Shown: positions 1 to 14,531 of the stretch, piece by piece
Layout of the letters: each line of letters opens with the position of its first letter
Numbering within the stretch: position 1 is the stretch's first letter
From: the human T2T-CHM13v2.0 reference genome, Homo sapiens
Reading direction: 5' to 3' (one strand)
Length of the DNA: 64,000 nt
NCBI RefSeq assembly: GCF_009914755.1
Contig: NC_060937.1
Notes under the pieces: model-generated
What the model was told of the DNA's origin: nothing
The model's database searches: none
The model's input: only the letters and a program-made list of their open reading frames with translations
Position numbers and translations under genes: made by a program

Positions 1-2325
1 AATGTAGCTCTTATAATCTACAAGGTAGATATGAATATAACTTGAATTATTTAAAATAAGAATCAGCTAAGTGATATGAATGGCACAATTTAATTATTTG
101 GTTCAGAACTATACTCTTTATCAACATGTAAACATAGTTGATATTCAGATAAATAAGTTATGTTTAATAGTGTGTCCTTTAAGAGCTAAAGGATCTCTGT
201 GTCCTGCACATGTTTTATGACTACAAGATGAAAACAAATTGCTTGAGGTTATATTTGTATCTTAAACATGAAAAACTTGAAGCACATGCAAAGGTTGTAA
301 ATTAGACTGTTCTTTAAAAAATGTAGTAAAACCTGTCTGATGAAAAATTGCATTGCTTACTGAGAGTTCACCTGTGGGAGAAGATGACAAAAAAAAAAAA
401 AAATTGCATCTGAATTTTCCTGTGTGGCTAAGCCAAGAAAGTACTTTTCCACAGGGTTATTTTCTTTATTCTCCCTGAATACTAAGTATTTGAAACCAGA
501 AGTTCCTCCCATCTTCCACCACTACAGAAATAATATACATTTTATCCTAGTGTGCAGGGAATGTATGACAGGGAATGTTCTCTGTGCATATTTTTTGCCA
601 TCAAGACCAAAACGTGATATTTCATGGTCAGGGTATAACTTAAAAGATGTATTCTTCTGAAGAGTTGACTTTAAAACAAAATGCAAATACCTTAAGTATT
701 TTTTATATTAATATGATAGAGACATTAGTTCTTATAGCCACATTCTGGTACTATAATCAGGTACATTGAAGTATTCAAGATAAGAGCACAAAAGTACTGA
801 TTTTAAGAACTTTAGAAAACATGGCTTATGGGCAATATAAACTTGAAGAATGTTTAAAGCAAACTATTTACTTCATGGTTTTAGTTTTTACCTTGTTTTT
901 CCCATTTTGGAAGTCTAAAGCATGTACGTCAGTTGTTACAAGTATTCCAGTGAAGGCTTTTAGTTTTTGAAGGACTAGTAGGCATCTCCTGTTTTTTTTT
1001 GTTTGTTTGTTTTTAAATGGTGCATGAAATGCCAAGTGAAAGTGACTTCTTTTTTTTTTTAAATCTTTAACTTTTTGTTTTTACGGGTACATAGTAGGTG
1101 TATATATTTATGGGGTACATGAGATATTTTGATACAGGCATCCAATTTGGAATCATCACATCAGGGTAAATGGGGTATCTGTCACCTGAAGCATTTATCC
1201 TTTGTGTTACAACAGTCCACATATACTCTTAGTTATGTACAATTAAATGATTGACTATAGTCACACTGTTGTGGTATCAAATACTAATTCCTACTTTCTA
1301 ACTTTTTTTTGTGCCCATTAACCATCCCCACTCCCTCACTACCCTTCCCACCTTCAGGTAACCACCATTCTGTTCTCTATCTCCATGAGTTTAATTGTTT
1401 CAATTAATTTTTTAGCTCCCACAAATAAGTGGGAACATAGAATTTTGTCTTTGTGTCTGGCTTATTTCACTTGACAGAATGACTGCCAGTTCTATCCATG
1501 TTGTTGCAAATGACAGGATCTCATTCTTTTTATGGCTGAATAACACTCCTTTCTGTATAGTACCATGTTTTCTTTATCCTTTCATCTATTGATGGACACT
1601 TAGGTTGCTTTGAAATCTTGGCTGTTATGGATAGTGCTGCGCTAAACAGGCGAGTACAGATAATCTCTTCAATATACTGATTTTCTTTCTTTTGTATGTA
1701 TACTTAGCAATGGGATTGCTAAATTATAGGGTAGTCCTATTTTTAGTTTTTTGATGAATCTCCAAACTCTTCTCCATAGTGTTTGTACTAATTTACTTTC
1801 CCACCAACAGTGTATGAGGGTTCCTTTTTCTCTACATCCTCATTTTTATTGCCTGTCTTTTGGATAAAAGCCATTTTAACTGGGGTGAGATAATGTCTCA
1901 TCGTAGTTTTGATCTCCATTTCTCTAATGATCAGTGATGTTGCGCACCTTTTCATATTTGCCATTTGTGTGTCTTCTTTTGAGAAATGTCTGTTTAGATC
2001 TTTTGCCCAATTTAAAATCAGATTGTTAAATATTTTTTCCGATTGTTTGAGCTCTTTATATATTCTGGTGATTAATCCCTGGTCAGATGGCCAGTTTGCA
2101 GATATTTCCCCATTCTCTGTGTTGTCTCTTCACTTTGTTGATGGTTCCTTTGCTATGCAGAAGCTTTTTAACTTGATGTGATTCCATTTGGTCATTTTTG
2201 CTTTGGTTGCCTGCGGTTGTGAGGTATTTATTACTCAATAAATCTTTGCCCTGTCTAATGTCCTGGAGTTTCCCCAGTGTTTTCTTGTAGTAGTTTCATA
2301 GTTTAGGGTCTTAGATTTGTCTCTC

Positions 2326-2619
<294 letters not shown>

Positions 2620-5600
2620 AGATTTAAGTCATTAATTCATTTTGTTTGAATTTTCTATATAGTGAGAAATAGGGGTCTAGTTTCATTCTTCTGCTTTGGA
2701 TATCCAGTTTTCCCAGCACCATTTACTTAAGATACTGTCCTTTCCTCAATGTATGTTCTTGGCACTTTTGTCAAAAATGAGTTCACTGAAGATGTGCGGA
2801 TTTGTTTCTGGGTTCTCTATTCTGTTCCATTGGTCTACGTATCTGTTTTTATGACAGTACTCTGCTCTTTTGATTCTATAGCTCTGTAGTATAATTTGAA
2901 GTCAGGTACTGTGATTCCTCCAGTTTTGTTCTTTTTGCTCAGGATAGCTATTCTGGGTCCTTTGTGGTTCCATATACATTTTAGGATTTTTTTTTTCTAT
3001 TTCTGTGAAGAATGTAATTCCTATCTTGATAGAGATTACATTGAACCTGCAGGCTGCTTTGGGTAGTATGAACATTTTAACAATATTGATGCATCCAATC
3101 CATGAACATGGAATATTTTTCCATAGTTTGGTGTCCTCTTCAATTCCTTTCATCAGTGTTTAATTTTCATTGTAGAGATCTTTATTTGCTTAAGTTAATT
3201 CCTAGGTATTTAATTTTATTAGGAGCTATTGTAAATGGGATTACTTTTTTATTTCTTTTTTATATTGTTCACTGTTGGCATATAGAAATGCTACTGACTT
3301 TTGTGTGTTGATTTTGTATCCTGCAACTTTACTGAATTTATCAGTTCTAATAGTATTGTTATGGAATCTTTAGATTTTTCCAAATATAAGATTGTATCAT
3401 CTACAAATAAGGAAAATTTGATTTCTTCCTTTCCAGTTTGGATGCCATTTATATCTTACCTGATTGCTGTAGCTAGGACTTTCAGTACTATATTGAATAA
3501 CAGTGGTGAAAGTGGACATCCTTGTCATGTTCCAGTTCTTAGAGGAAAGGCTTTCAGTTTTTCTCCATCCAGTATGATACTAGCTGTGAGTCTGTTGTAT
3601 ATGGTTTTTATTATGTTGAGGTGCATTCCTTCTATACTCAGTTTTTAAAGATTTTTTTAATCATGAAAGGATGTTGAATTTTATCAAATACTTTTATAGC
3701 ATCAATTGAAATAATCATATGTTTTCTTCTTCATTCTTTTGATATGATTTATCACATTGATTGATTTGTATATGTGGAACCATCCTTGCATCTTTGGGAT
3801 AAATCCCACCTGGTGATGATGAAAGAACTTTTTAATGGGTTGTCAAATGTGATTTGCTAGTATTTTGTTCAAGATTTTTACATGAATGTTCATCAGGGAT
3901 ATTGGCCTGTAGTTTTCTTTCTTTCTTTTTTTTTTTTTTTTGTCTGGTTTTGGTATCAGGGTATTACTGGCCTGGTAGAAAGAGTTTGGAATTATTCCCA
4001 CCTCCCCTTATTGTTGGAATAGATTGAATAGGATTGATACTAGTTTTTCTCTAAATATTTGGGAAAATTCAGCAATGAAGCCACCAGGTACTGGGCATTT
4101 CTTTGGTGGGAGACATTTCATTACAGCTTTAATCTCATTACTTGTAATTGGTCTGTTTGGATTTTGGATTACTTCATGATTCAATCTTATTACGTTGTAT
4201 GTGTCTAGGAATTTACCAATTTCTTCTATGTTTTCCAATTTATTGGCATATAGTTGCTGATAGTAACCTCTAATGGTCCTTTGAATTTCTGGGGTATTGG
4301 TTGTAATATCTCCTTTTTCATATCTGTCTTTATTTGAGTCTTCTCTTTTTTTATGCAAGTCTGGCTAAAGGTTTGTCAATTTTATCTTTTCAAAAAACCG
4401 ATTTTGTGTATCATTGATCTTTTTTTATTTGTTTCAGATACATTTATTTCTGCTCCAAACTTTATTATTTCTTCTAATTTTGGGTTCAGTTTGCCCTTGC
4501 TTTTCTAGTTCTTTAAGAATAGTTGTTAGATTGTTTATTTGAAGTTCTTCTGCTTTTCTGATGTAGGCACTTAGAGCTATACGCTTTCCTCTTAGTACTG
4601 CTTTTGGTATGTTGTGTTTCCATTATCATTGGTTTCAGTTTTTCAATTTCCTTCTTAATTTCTTCATTGACCCACTAGTCATTCAAGAACACACTTTAAT
4701 TTCCATGTGTTTGTATAATTTCCAAAATTCCTCTTGTTACTGATTTCTAGTTTTATTTTATGGTGGTCAGAGAAGATACTTGATATTATTTCATTTTTTA
4801 AAATGTTTTAAGACAAACGGTCTATCCTTGAGAATGATCTATGTGCTGAGGAGAAGAATGTGTATACTATAGCTGTTGGATGAAATATTCTGTAAATATC
4901 TGTTAAGTTCATTTGGTCTGCAGAGCCCATTAAATCTGATGTTTCTTTGTTGATTTTCTGTCTGGATGATCTGTTCAGTGCTAAAAGAGGGGTATTGTGG
5001 TCTCCGGCTATTATTGTGTTAGGGTCTAAATATTTGCTTTGTAAATCTGGGTGCTCCAGTGTTGCATGCATAAATATTTACAATTGTTATATCCTCTTGC
5101 TAAATTGACTCCTTTGCTGTTAAATAATGACCTCCTTGTTTCTTTTTATCATTTCTGTCTTGAAAGCTATTTTGTCTAATATAAGTGTAGGTACTCCTGA
5201 TCTTTCTTGGTTTCTATTTGCCTGGAATATCTTTTTCCATCCCTTTATATTTAGTCTGTGTGTGTCTTTATATGTGAAGTGTGTTTCTTTTAGGCAACAG
5301 ATTGTTGGGTCTTATTTTTTATCCATTCACCCACTCTGTGTCTTTTGATTGGAGAGTGTAGTCCATTTACACTCAATATTGTTATTGATAAGTAAGGACT
5401 CACACCTCCCATTTTATTATTTGTTTTCTGGTTGTTTTGTGGTCTTGTGTTCCTTCTTTCCCTCCTTCCTTCTTTTTAGTGAAAATTATTTTCTCTGGTG
5501 GTATGTTTTAGTTTCTTGCTTTTTATGTTTTTCTGTATCCATTGTATGTTTTTTGGTTTGAGATTACAAGCCATGAGGCTTGCAAATACTATCTTATAAC

Positions 5601-5769
5601 TCATTATTTTAAACAGATAACAACTTAACACTCATTGCGTAAACAAGCTAGCAAATAAGCAAAGAGAAAACTAATAAAAATTCTACACTTTTTTCTGCTT
5701 GATCAATTCTGCTATTATGAGAATGTATTCTTCAGTATGTTAGTTGCATTTTCCCACTACAGAACTTCT

Positions 5770-6429
<660 letters not shown>

Positions 6430-8658
6430 TGATAGGATTCTGAATTCCTTCTGTGTGTTATCTTGAATTTCTTTGAGTTTCCTTAAAACGGCTATTTTGA
6501 ATTCTCTATCTGAAAGGTCACATATCTCAGTCCTTCCAGGCTTGGTCCCTGGTGCCTCATTTGGTTTAGTGAAGTCATGTTTTCCTGGATTCTCTTGATG
6601 CTTGTGGATGTTCATTGGTGTCTGAGCATTGAAGAGTTAGGTATTCGTTGTAGTGTTCAGAGTCTGTGCTTGTTTTTGCCCACCTTTCTTGGAAAGGCTT
6701 TCCAGGTATTTGAAGGGACTTGGGTGTTGTGATCTAAGTGGTCACTGCAACCATATCTGCATTAGCCTAGTAACACTGTGGTTCTTGCACACTCATAGAG
6801 GTACCACCTTGGTGGTTTTGGATAAGATCTGGAAGACTTCTCTGGATTACTGGGCAGAGACTCTTGTTCTCTTTCCTTACTCTCTCCCAAACAAATGGCC
6901 TTCCCCTGCCTCTCTGTTTTGAGCTGCCTGGAGCTGGGAGATGGGTAACACAAGAACACCTGTGGCTACCACCACTGGGACTGTGCTGGGTCAGACCTGA
7001 AACCAATACAGCACTGGGTCTTGCCCCAGGCCTGGTGTAACTGCTACCTGGCTACCACCTATGTTTGCTTAAGGCCCTAGGGCTCTACAATCAACAGGTG
7101 GCAAAGCCATCCAGGTTGTGTCCTTCCGTTCATGTTAGTGAGTGCCCCTGGGCACTGGGTGGATCCAGAGATGCCATCTGGGGACCAGGGCATGGAGTTG
7201 GAAATCTTAAAATCCACCTGGTGCTTTATTCTTCTGTGGCTTAGCTGGCACAAAAAACACAAGACAAAGTTCTTCCCACACTTTCCTCCCCTTTTTATAG
7301 GCAGGGGAGTCTCTCTCTGTGGCCACCACCACCCCAAGCCTATAGTGAGTACTGCCTGGCTACCACTGATGTTCACTGAAGCCCTAGGGTCTCTTCAATC
7401 AGCTTGTGGTTGATTGCTGCCAGGCCTGGGACTTATCCTTCAGGGCAGTGAGCTCCTCTCTGGCCCAGGTCAGGTCCAGAAATGCTGTCCAAGAGCTAAG
7501 GCCTAGAATCAGGGACCACAAGAGCCCTCTTGGTGCTCCATCCCACTATGGTTGAGCGGTACCTAAACTACCCCTTTTACTCTTCCCTCTGTTTTTCTGA
7601 AGCAGGAGTCTCTCCTCATACCACCATAGCTGGGAGTGTGCTGGGTCACACCTGAAGCCAGCACATCTCAGAGTCTCACTCAAAGCCCATGGCATGTACT
7701 ACCTGTCTACTGCTGCTGATTATTCAGGGCCCAAGGGCTTTTAAGTCTTCCCTTCAAGGCAACAGTATCCTTTCTGGCCCAGCACGTGTCTAGAAATGTC
7801 ATCTGGGAGCTAGCTTCTTGCATGGGGGTCTCATGACTCCGCCTTGTGCACTATCCTACTGTGGCTGAGCTGGTTTCCAAGTTGTAAGACAAAGTCCTCT
7901 ACTCTTCCCTTTCCTCAAGTGGAAGGAAGGATTTTTCAGAGCTGTGAGCTATGCTCCCTGGGCTTGGAGGAGGGGTGCTGCAAACCCTCCTTTGGCTGCT
8001 CTGGTTGATGTCCCCCACTAGGTCATGTGCCCCCAAAGTCCAGGCTTTGATGCCTGGATCTCCTTTCAAGTTTATTTAGGATTCCAGAGCAGTTGAGCCT
8101 GCACTGGCAAAGCTTGCCAGAACTCAAGTTCCAGCCACTGAGATGGATGAATTCACTCTGGCTAGGGCTGGTCTAAATGCTCCCTCTGTGGGCATTGGCT
8201 GAGTTCTGTCAAGTGTTGCTTTCCACTGTGACAGGGCAGCACTGAGTTTCAATGCAAAGTCCCATAATCACTCTACTCTCCCTCCCCCAAGCATACAGAT
8301 TCACTGCTGCTGGGGAATAGGGGAAGGATGGTGTCAGCAATTCAAGACTGTTTTTTCTACCCTCTTCAGTGCCTCTTGCAGTGATTTTAAGTTAAAACAA
8401 TATACTGTAATTGCTCACCTGATTTTTGGTTCTTATGAAGGTGCTTTTTTGTGTAGATAGTTCTTAAATTTGGTGTTCCTGTGGGGAGGATGATTGGTAG
8501 AGGCTTTTATTTGGCCATCTTACTTCTCCAGATCTCTTGAAAGTGACTTCTTTAGCTAAATTAATCAAACATCAGAGAGAAAATGTTTAGAGCAACTTAT
8601 TCATATGTATTATACATTTTAGAGTTGATGCCTATGTAGATACTGGGGATTTATTGAG

Positions 8659-9093
8659 TGTATTAGGCCATTCTTGCATTGCTATAAAGAAACACCTGAG
8701 ACTGGGTGATTTGTAAGGGAAAGAGGTTTAACTGGCTAATGGTTCTGCAGATTCTACAGCTTCTGCAGGCTCTATAGCAATGCTTAGAGGCTTCTAGGGA
8801 GGCCTCAGGAAGCTTACAATCATGGCAAAAGGTGAAGAGGGAGCAGGCACATCACATGGTGAAAGCAGGAGCAAGAGAGAGGGTGAGGGGGTGGTACCAC
8901 ACAATTTTAAACAACCAGATCTTGCAACAGCTCACACTTTTGGTGCAAGGACAGCACCAAGAGGATGGTGCTATGCCATTTACGAGGGATCTGTCCCCAT
9001 GATCCAAACATTTCCCACCAGGCCCCACCTCCAACATTGGGAATTACATTTTAACATGAGATTTGGGCAGAGACAAATATCCAAACTATATCA
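8659..9093. mobile_element. MaLR solo LTR (MSTA/MSTB-like)
   Basis: TG...CA termini, MST-type start TGTATTAGGCCATTCTTGCATTGCTATAAAG, and TSD TTGAG at 8654-8658 and 9094-9098. Confidence 0.9.
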
Positions 9094-9126
9094 TTGAGCA
9101 ACCAACCTGGTTTTAATATGAAACAT

Positions 9127-9700
9127 AGTTGTTCTCAAACTTTTTAACATCAGGAGCCCCTTATACTCTAAAAATTATTGAGCAGCTTAGAGAGTTGTGG
9201 ATCTCTATCTATTAGAAATTAAAATAACTTTTAGGAATATTTGTTCATTTAAAATGAAAAACAAGCTTATCATATGTTAACATAAATAACATTTTTATAA
9301 AAATATTTTCTTTTTTTTTTTTTGAGACGGAGTTTCGCTCTGTTGCCCGGGCTGGAGTGCAGTGGTGTGATATCGGCTCACTGCAAGCTCCGCCTCCCGG
9401 GTTCACGCCATTCTCCTGCCTAACCTCCTGAGTAGCTGGGACTACAGGCGCCCTCCACCACGCCTGGCTAATTTTTTGTATTTTTAGCAGAGACAGGGTT
9501 TCACCGTGTTAGCCAGGATGGTCTCGATCTCCCGACCTCGTGATCCGCCCGCCTCAGCCTCCCAAAGTGCTGGGATTACAGGCATGAGCCACCGCGCCCG
9601 GCCCCAAAAATATTTTCTTAATAAAGTTAGTGAGAAAAGTGGCACTGTTATATTTTTGCAAAATCTCTTCAATATCTGGCTTAAGGAGGACAGCTGTGCT
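9127..9700. mobile_element. Charlie1-like hAT DNA transposon fragment split by AluY
   Basis: Starts GTTCTCAAACTTTTT...AAAATTATTGAG and continues after the Alu with AGTGAGAAAAGTGGCACTGTT. Confidence 0.65.
9311..9603 (-). mobile_element. AluY
   Basis: AluY diagnostic GCAAGCTCCGCCTCCCGGGTTCACGCCATT, CpG-rich, flanking repeat AAAAATATTTTCT. Confidence 0.95.
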
Positions 9701-10139
9701 CTCTTATTGATAATGAATAAAGAGTGCTTCCCAGAATTGACAATTCAAGACATCAGTGGTGATCTATATCAAAATGATTTTGAGGATAGTAATTTGAGGA
9801 CAAGGACCATGTCTTTTGTATACCATTTTATCCTCAGAGTCTAATACAGTTCTTGGCACATAGAAACGGCCAGATATTTGGTAGGTGACTAAACTATACT
9901 GCAGTGTGTTGAGAAGTGAACAGAAGATATGGATTCAGGAAGTATAGAAACCTCCTTCATGACACTTGGTTGAGAAAAGAAGAGAAATGAGGGGAATGAG
10001 GGTGCAGAATCAGCAGAGGACTTTTAAAAATAATGTTTTCATATGAGGAAAAAAATAAAAACAAATAGAAATTAAGAAAACAGGAAAGAAGTGGAATAAT
10101 TAGGAACCTAGGGTGGGGTAGGGTAGCAGGACATTTCAA

Positions 10140-10290
10140 ACATTAATGAGCATATGAGATTCCAGGTCTTGTTAAAATGCAAATTCTGATTCAGCTGGTA
10201 GGTGAGGTCTGAGATTGTGCATTTCTAACAAGCACTCAGATAATCTTAAGGCTGTTGGCCCCAGGGTCACACTTATAGTGATTTTCTAGA
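10140..10290. mobile_element. MER5A-like hAT element
   Basis: CTTGTTAAAATGCAAATTCTGATTCAG...GAGATTGTGCATTTCTAACAAGC motif. Confidence 0.75.
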
Positions 10291-10412
10291 ACCCAGTTGG
10301 GGAAGTGAATCTTGGGCAGGAGAAATACACACCTCTTGCATTGAGTTTGGAGATCTCATCTGATATAACTTTTTAAGAAAGAAAAATAATTTTCCAAATA
10401 TCCAATTGATAA

Positions 10413-10447
10413 GCTTTCCCACTAAGTGGCTTTCCCACTAAGTGGCT
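10413..10447. repeat. Perfect 16-bp tandem duplication
   Basis: GCTTTCCCACTAAGTG twice, followed by GCT. Confidence 0.95.
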
Positions 10448-10619
10448 GCGTTATGAAAATTGCTTCACTTTGAAACTTCTGGTCTTGGTAATATAGAATT
10501 TCTGTGTTCTCACAGTGCTTGATTGAGAATATGATATTGAGATTATGGCATAAAATATAGTGGCTGTACAAAAAAAAATACATTATTAGGATCTCTAACA
10601 ATTATGTAAAAGTCATTGC

Positions 10620-10795
10620 TTCATGGGTAGAGCTCAAACTTTGGTGTGAGACCTGGTTTTATTCTTGGCACTTACTCTGAGTTGTCTTAGGCAAATTAAT
10701 ACCTTAAGCAAAAATATTCTCATGTACATTTTACATGAGAATTATAAATGAAGTACATAAAGTCCAGCAGTCACAAATGTTATCTATTATTACCA
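10620..10795 (+). mobile_element. Degraded MIR
   Basis: MIR core-like AGACCTGGTTTTATTCTTGGCACTTACT...TTAGGCAAATTAAT. Confidence 0.55.
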
Positions 10796-11342
10796 TCGTC
10801 CTAAGACTGCAATCAGCTATAGTGAAAGTAGTCTCAAAGATTGTTTCATAAATCATCAGATTCACCTAATTTTCTAAAGAATTTAAATAAGGAGATGGAA
10901 TGAATAGATTGCATTTTGTTTCCATGCACAGGGGAACTGTGCATATTTCTTCTGTGACTCGGAAATGGTTTAACTTTTAAAAATCCCAAAATAGCTGAAG
11001 TTAGCAGACATGCAATTTACCAAGGATGATTGGAATTTTTATCTTTCCTGTAATAATACTATACCCAAGCACACTGCTCATGAGGAAAACATTTTTATGT
11101 GAATCTTTTACTCTTGGGGGCAAAGAATGCTGTTTTTCTTTTTGATAACTATGTTTATAGAATCTAAATCACCCTGAGCAATTATTTCAACATCTAAAGT
11201 TATTATTACCATTCATGTTTCATTTATAGCTATTTGAATTTTGATGAATTTCAATATGGTGCTACAGTGATAGGGCAAGTGCAAATAAGTTCAATATATG
11301 GGTACGGTCTAAAGCTATTTTAATTTTTTTATTACAACTGCT

Positions 11343-11517
11343 ATGAAGAAAATTAGGATATGCCATATTTTCACGTTTTACAGTTGGATGTCCTATGATG
11401 TTCTCTTCCAGAGAACAGAGCTCGGAGCTCTGGAAATTTGGAGGCAACTGATATGTGCTCATGTCTGCATCTGTGTGGGTTGGCTGTATCTCAGGGACAG
11501 AGTCTGCAGCAAAAAAG
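11343..11517 (+). CDS. LMO7: LMO7 distal isoform, coding part of exon 1 (MKKIRICHIF...RVCSKK + 1 nt)
   Basis: The peptide matches the recalled N-terminus of the human LMO7 long isoform. Donor AAG|GTAATA at 11518, phase 1. Confidence 0.9.
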
Positions 11518-11700
11518 GTAATAATAGTTCCTTGAATACTTTTATATTATTACTTTGAAAGAACTAAGGCAGAGCATCTCCATTTGGCTTTTCTTTAGGA
11601 ACACATGTAGGTGGAAAAGAGGTCAGTAGGAAGGCAAGAAGTAAATACTGCAACTGAGATAAAATTAAGTCAACTTTGTAGACTATCCCCGGGCATTTTC

Positions 11701-11838
11701 TTGTTTTTTCTCTTTTTTCTTTTAAAATTTTTGTGGGTACTTTGTAGGTGCATATATGTATGGGGTACATGAGATACTATGATACAGGCACGGAATACAT
11801 AGTAATCACATCATGGAAAATGGGGTATTCATCCCCCT
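11701..11838 (-). mobile_element. Very short 5'-truncated L1MA 3' end
   Basis: T-rich tail, then GTGGGTAC...ATGGGGTACATGAGATA. TSD CCCGGGCATTTTC / CCCAGGCATTTTC at 11688-11700 and 11839-11851. Confidence 0.85.
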
Positions 11839-12919
11839 CCCAGGCATTTTCAACCTGAACTTTTGTTGTCAGTAACCACAAGACTGGAAATTTTTAACTC
11901 CTTCTTACCAATTTTGTAATCATTGTTGATCTCTTGCACTGGTAGAATATGCCTTGGTAGGAGAAAATATTAAAACAGTATAAGACATGTTGTAGTAAAT
12001 ATTATAACAGCATAAGACATACAAGGTGGTAAGTGCATGCAGAAACATCAACTGAGGTACTCAAAGCCACTTTAGGTTTCTGTGTCCACTATTATTAAGT
12101 CCTGCTGGAATTTACTTTGAAAAGTCTTTTCTCATTCTTTTTCTAAATCTTGTAATTGTCTGTAAGTACTACCTTCATAATTAAAATGTTTCTACTCTGA
12201 TAATGCCTTTAAGTACTTTAAGAACTATAAGTCTAGAGCTCTTTCAGGGGATCAAACCAGAAATGGATGCTTAGGGCAGGTGTCACACTGATTTACGATC
12301 ACTCTCCTAACCTGACATTAGATATATTCAATAGATCTGGCAGTAAGTGTAGTGCATACTAACGGGTCTTGATTTTCAATAATTTTATGCATAAGAAGAT
12401 TTTATTGTGTTTTATTGCGTTGGCTGAATATATCAGGATACCAACTGAAAGCAGATCTTAAAGTTAATAACTCCAGCTTTTTTTGGTTTAGTATTCGATA
12501 AACTTCTCTTAGGCCACTAGGGCTTAATGAACAAAATACCTCTTTGGCAAAGAATTTTGCAGGCACAAAATGTTACTATAAAATTATTTTGTTGAAGAAA
12601 CTAAAATGAAAGACTAATTTGATATTGCAGTTATTTAAAAAATGATATGAAATTCCTGCAAACCACTAGAAAAGCAAAAATAATTCTAAGTGCCTCTAAA
12701 ATTTAAACTTAAAATATTGTTACTATTTTATTGGGCATATAATTGTGTTTGACTCTTTTGGGGACCAGCATTTATTTATTTTGGCATCTCTACTAAATAG
12801 TATCATGCTTTGGAATTTCAGTAAAATATTTGTTGTTGCTCAATAAATATTTGTTGATTACTTTTCATTTTTTTTCTGTATTGGTTTTTTAACTTTCCTA
12901 ATCATGACTTTTTACACAG

Positions 12920-12969
12920 ATATAATTTTGAGGACTGAACAAAATTCAGGAAGGACTATTCTCATTAAG
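12920..12969 (+). CDS. LMO7: LMO7 distal isoform exon 2 (DIILRTEQNSGRTILIK)
   Basis: Acceptor TTTTTACACAG| and donor AAG|GTAATA. The 50 nt restore frame (175+50=225 nt, phase 0), and the peptide matches recalled LMO7 sequence. Confidence 0.9.
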
Positions 12970-13017
12970 GTAATATTTTTCTGTATTTTCTAAGGCAGAA
13001 TCAGAAAGGCCAAAGCA

Positions 13018-13311
<294 letters not shown>

Positions 13312-14177
13312 AAGCATTAAAAAAAAAAAAATAATTAAATTGGTAATTTATTTTAGGTATCATCAAGTAAAATTTTTCTTTCAAAACAATGAAAACTTTG
13401 GCTGATGAAGTTTACCAATTTAGATTTGTTTTCAGAAATGTTATGGGGAGATAAAAATTACTGAAATCTGACTGTGGTGTAACTAGGAAGGTGATGTGAT
13501 GGGTAATGCTCTTTTTCCCAGCCTGTTCTACTAGTGGGAGAATACAATCAGTTTATAATGCATAATAACCAGGTGTCTTTTGGGTATTCCTAAATATTCA
13601 ACCTTTTGGAGTTACACCTCCTATAATTTTCAAATAGAATGCTTTGAATGACGATCCCAGTCTTCCTCCAGTATCTCCATGGATTATCAAGAGTGTACCT
13701 CCAGCCATCTCTGCTTCAATGGTTTGCTTCTGCTGAATTCTCAATTTCTATTTCAGTCTCCTCATCTATGACAGACAGTGATCCTTCCCAGGTAGCACTT
13801 TGCCTCTGGTTGGGTGTTGGCATACCCTCTAGGTGCCATAAAGTAGAGCTATGTATCCACCTTTACTGAAGGTTTCCACACTTCAGGAGAAAATTAGAAT
13901 ACAGCAATGCTCAGCACTACTGTAAACCTATATTTTGAATATGACTATTTCCAAAATCTAAGGCAAAAACATTAGATGCTTTGCAGCTTTATCCAGCTTC
14001 CTAGCCTCTCTGCTCTATGTCAAGGTCCACCTTCTCTCATTTGTAGGAGAGAGCACCTTTCATAAAAGTTTCATAGGGCCAATTTCCCCCTTACTTTAAG
14101 AATATTTTACTTACTACCTGAAGGACTTGTTTTTACTATGGAACTTATTAGAACTCCATGTTCAGAGAAACCCCACC

Positions 14178-14531
14178 TGTATTAGTCTGTTTTCAAGCTG
14201 CTGATAAAGACATACCTGAGACTGGGCAATTTATAAAAGAAAGAGGTTTAATGGACTTACAGTGCCACGTGGCTGGGGAGGCCTCACAATCATGATGGAA
14301 GGTGAAAGATGTGTCTCACATGGCATCAGACAAGAGAAGAGAGCTTGTGCAGGAAACTCCCGTTTTTAAAACGATCATATCTTGTGAGACTTACTATCAC
14401 GGGAACAGCACAAGAAAGACCCACTCCCATGATTCAATTACCTCCCACCAGGTTCCTCCCATGACACATGGGAATTGTGGGAGTTACCATTCAAGATGAG
14501 ATTTGGGTGGAGACACAGCAAAACCATATCA
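14178..14531. mobile_element. THE1 (THE1B-like) solo LTR
   Basis: TGTATTAGTCTGTTTTC...GCTGATAAAGACATACC start and AAACCATATCA end. Confidence 0.9.

Larger units (their letters stand above)
10083..11342 (+). other. LMO7: Long 5' UTR of the distal LMO7 first exon (start position approximate)
   Basis: Lies upstream of ATG 11343. The ~1.26 kb length is from recall of the annotated transcript and cannot be derived from sequence alone. Confidence 0.45.

Noticed and set aside
11518-11558. 3' tail of ORF 11343..11558 (GNNSSLNTFILLL)
   Set aside because: It lies beyond the GTAATA donor, so it is intronic read-through rather than part of the spliced CDS
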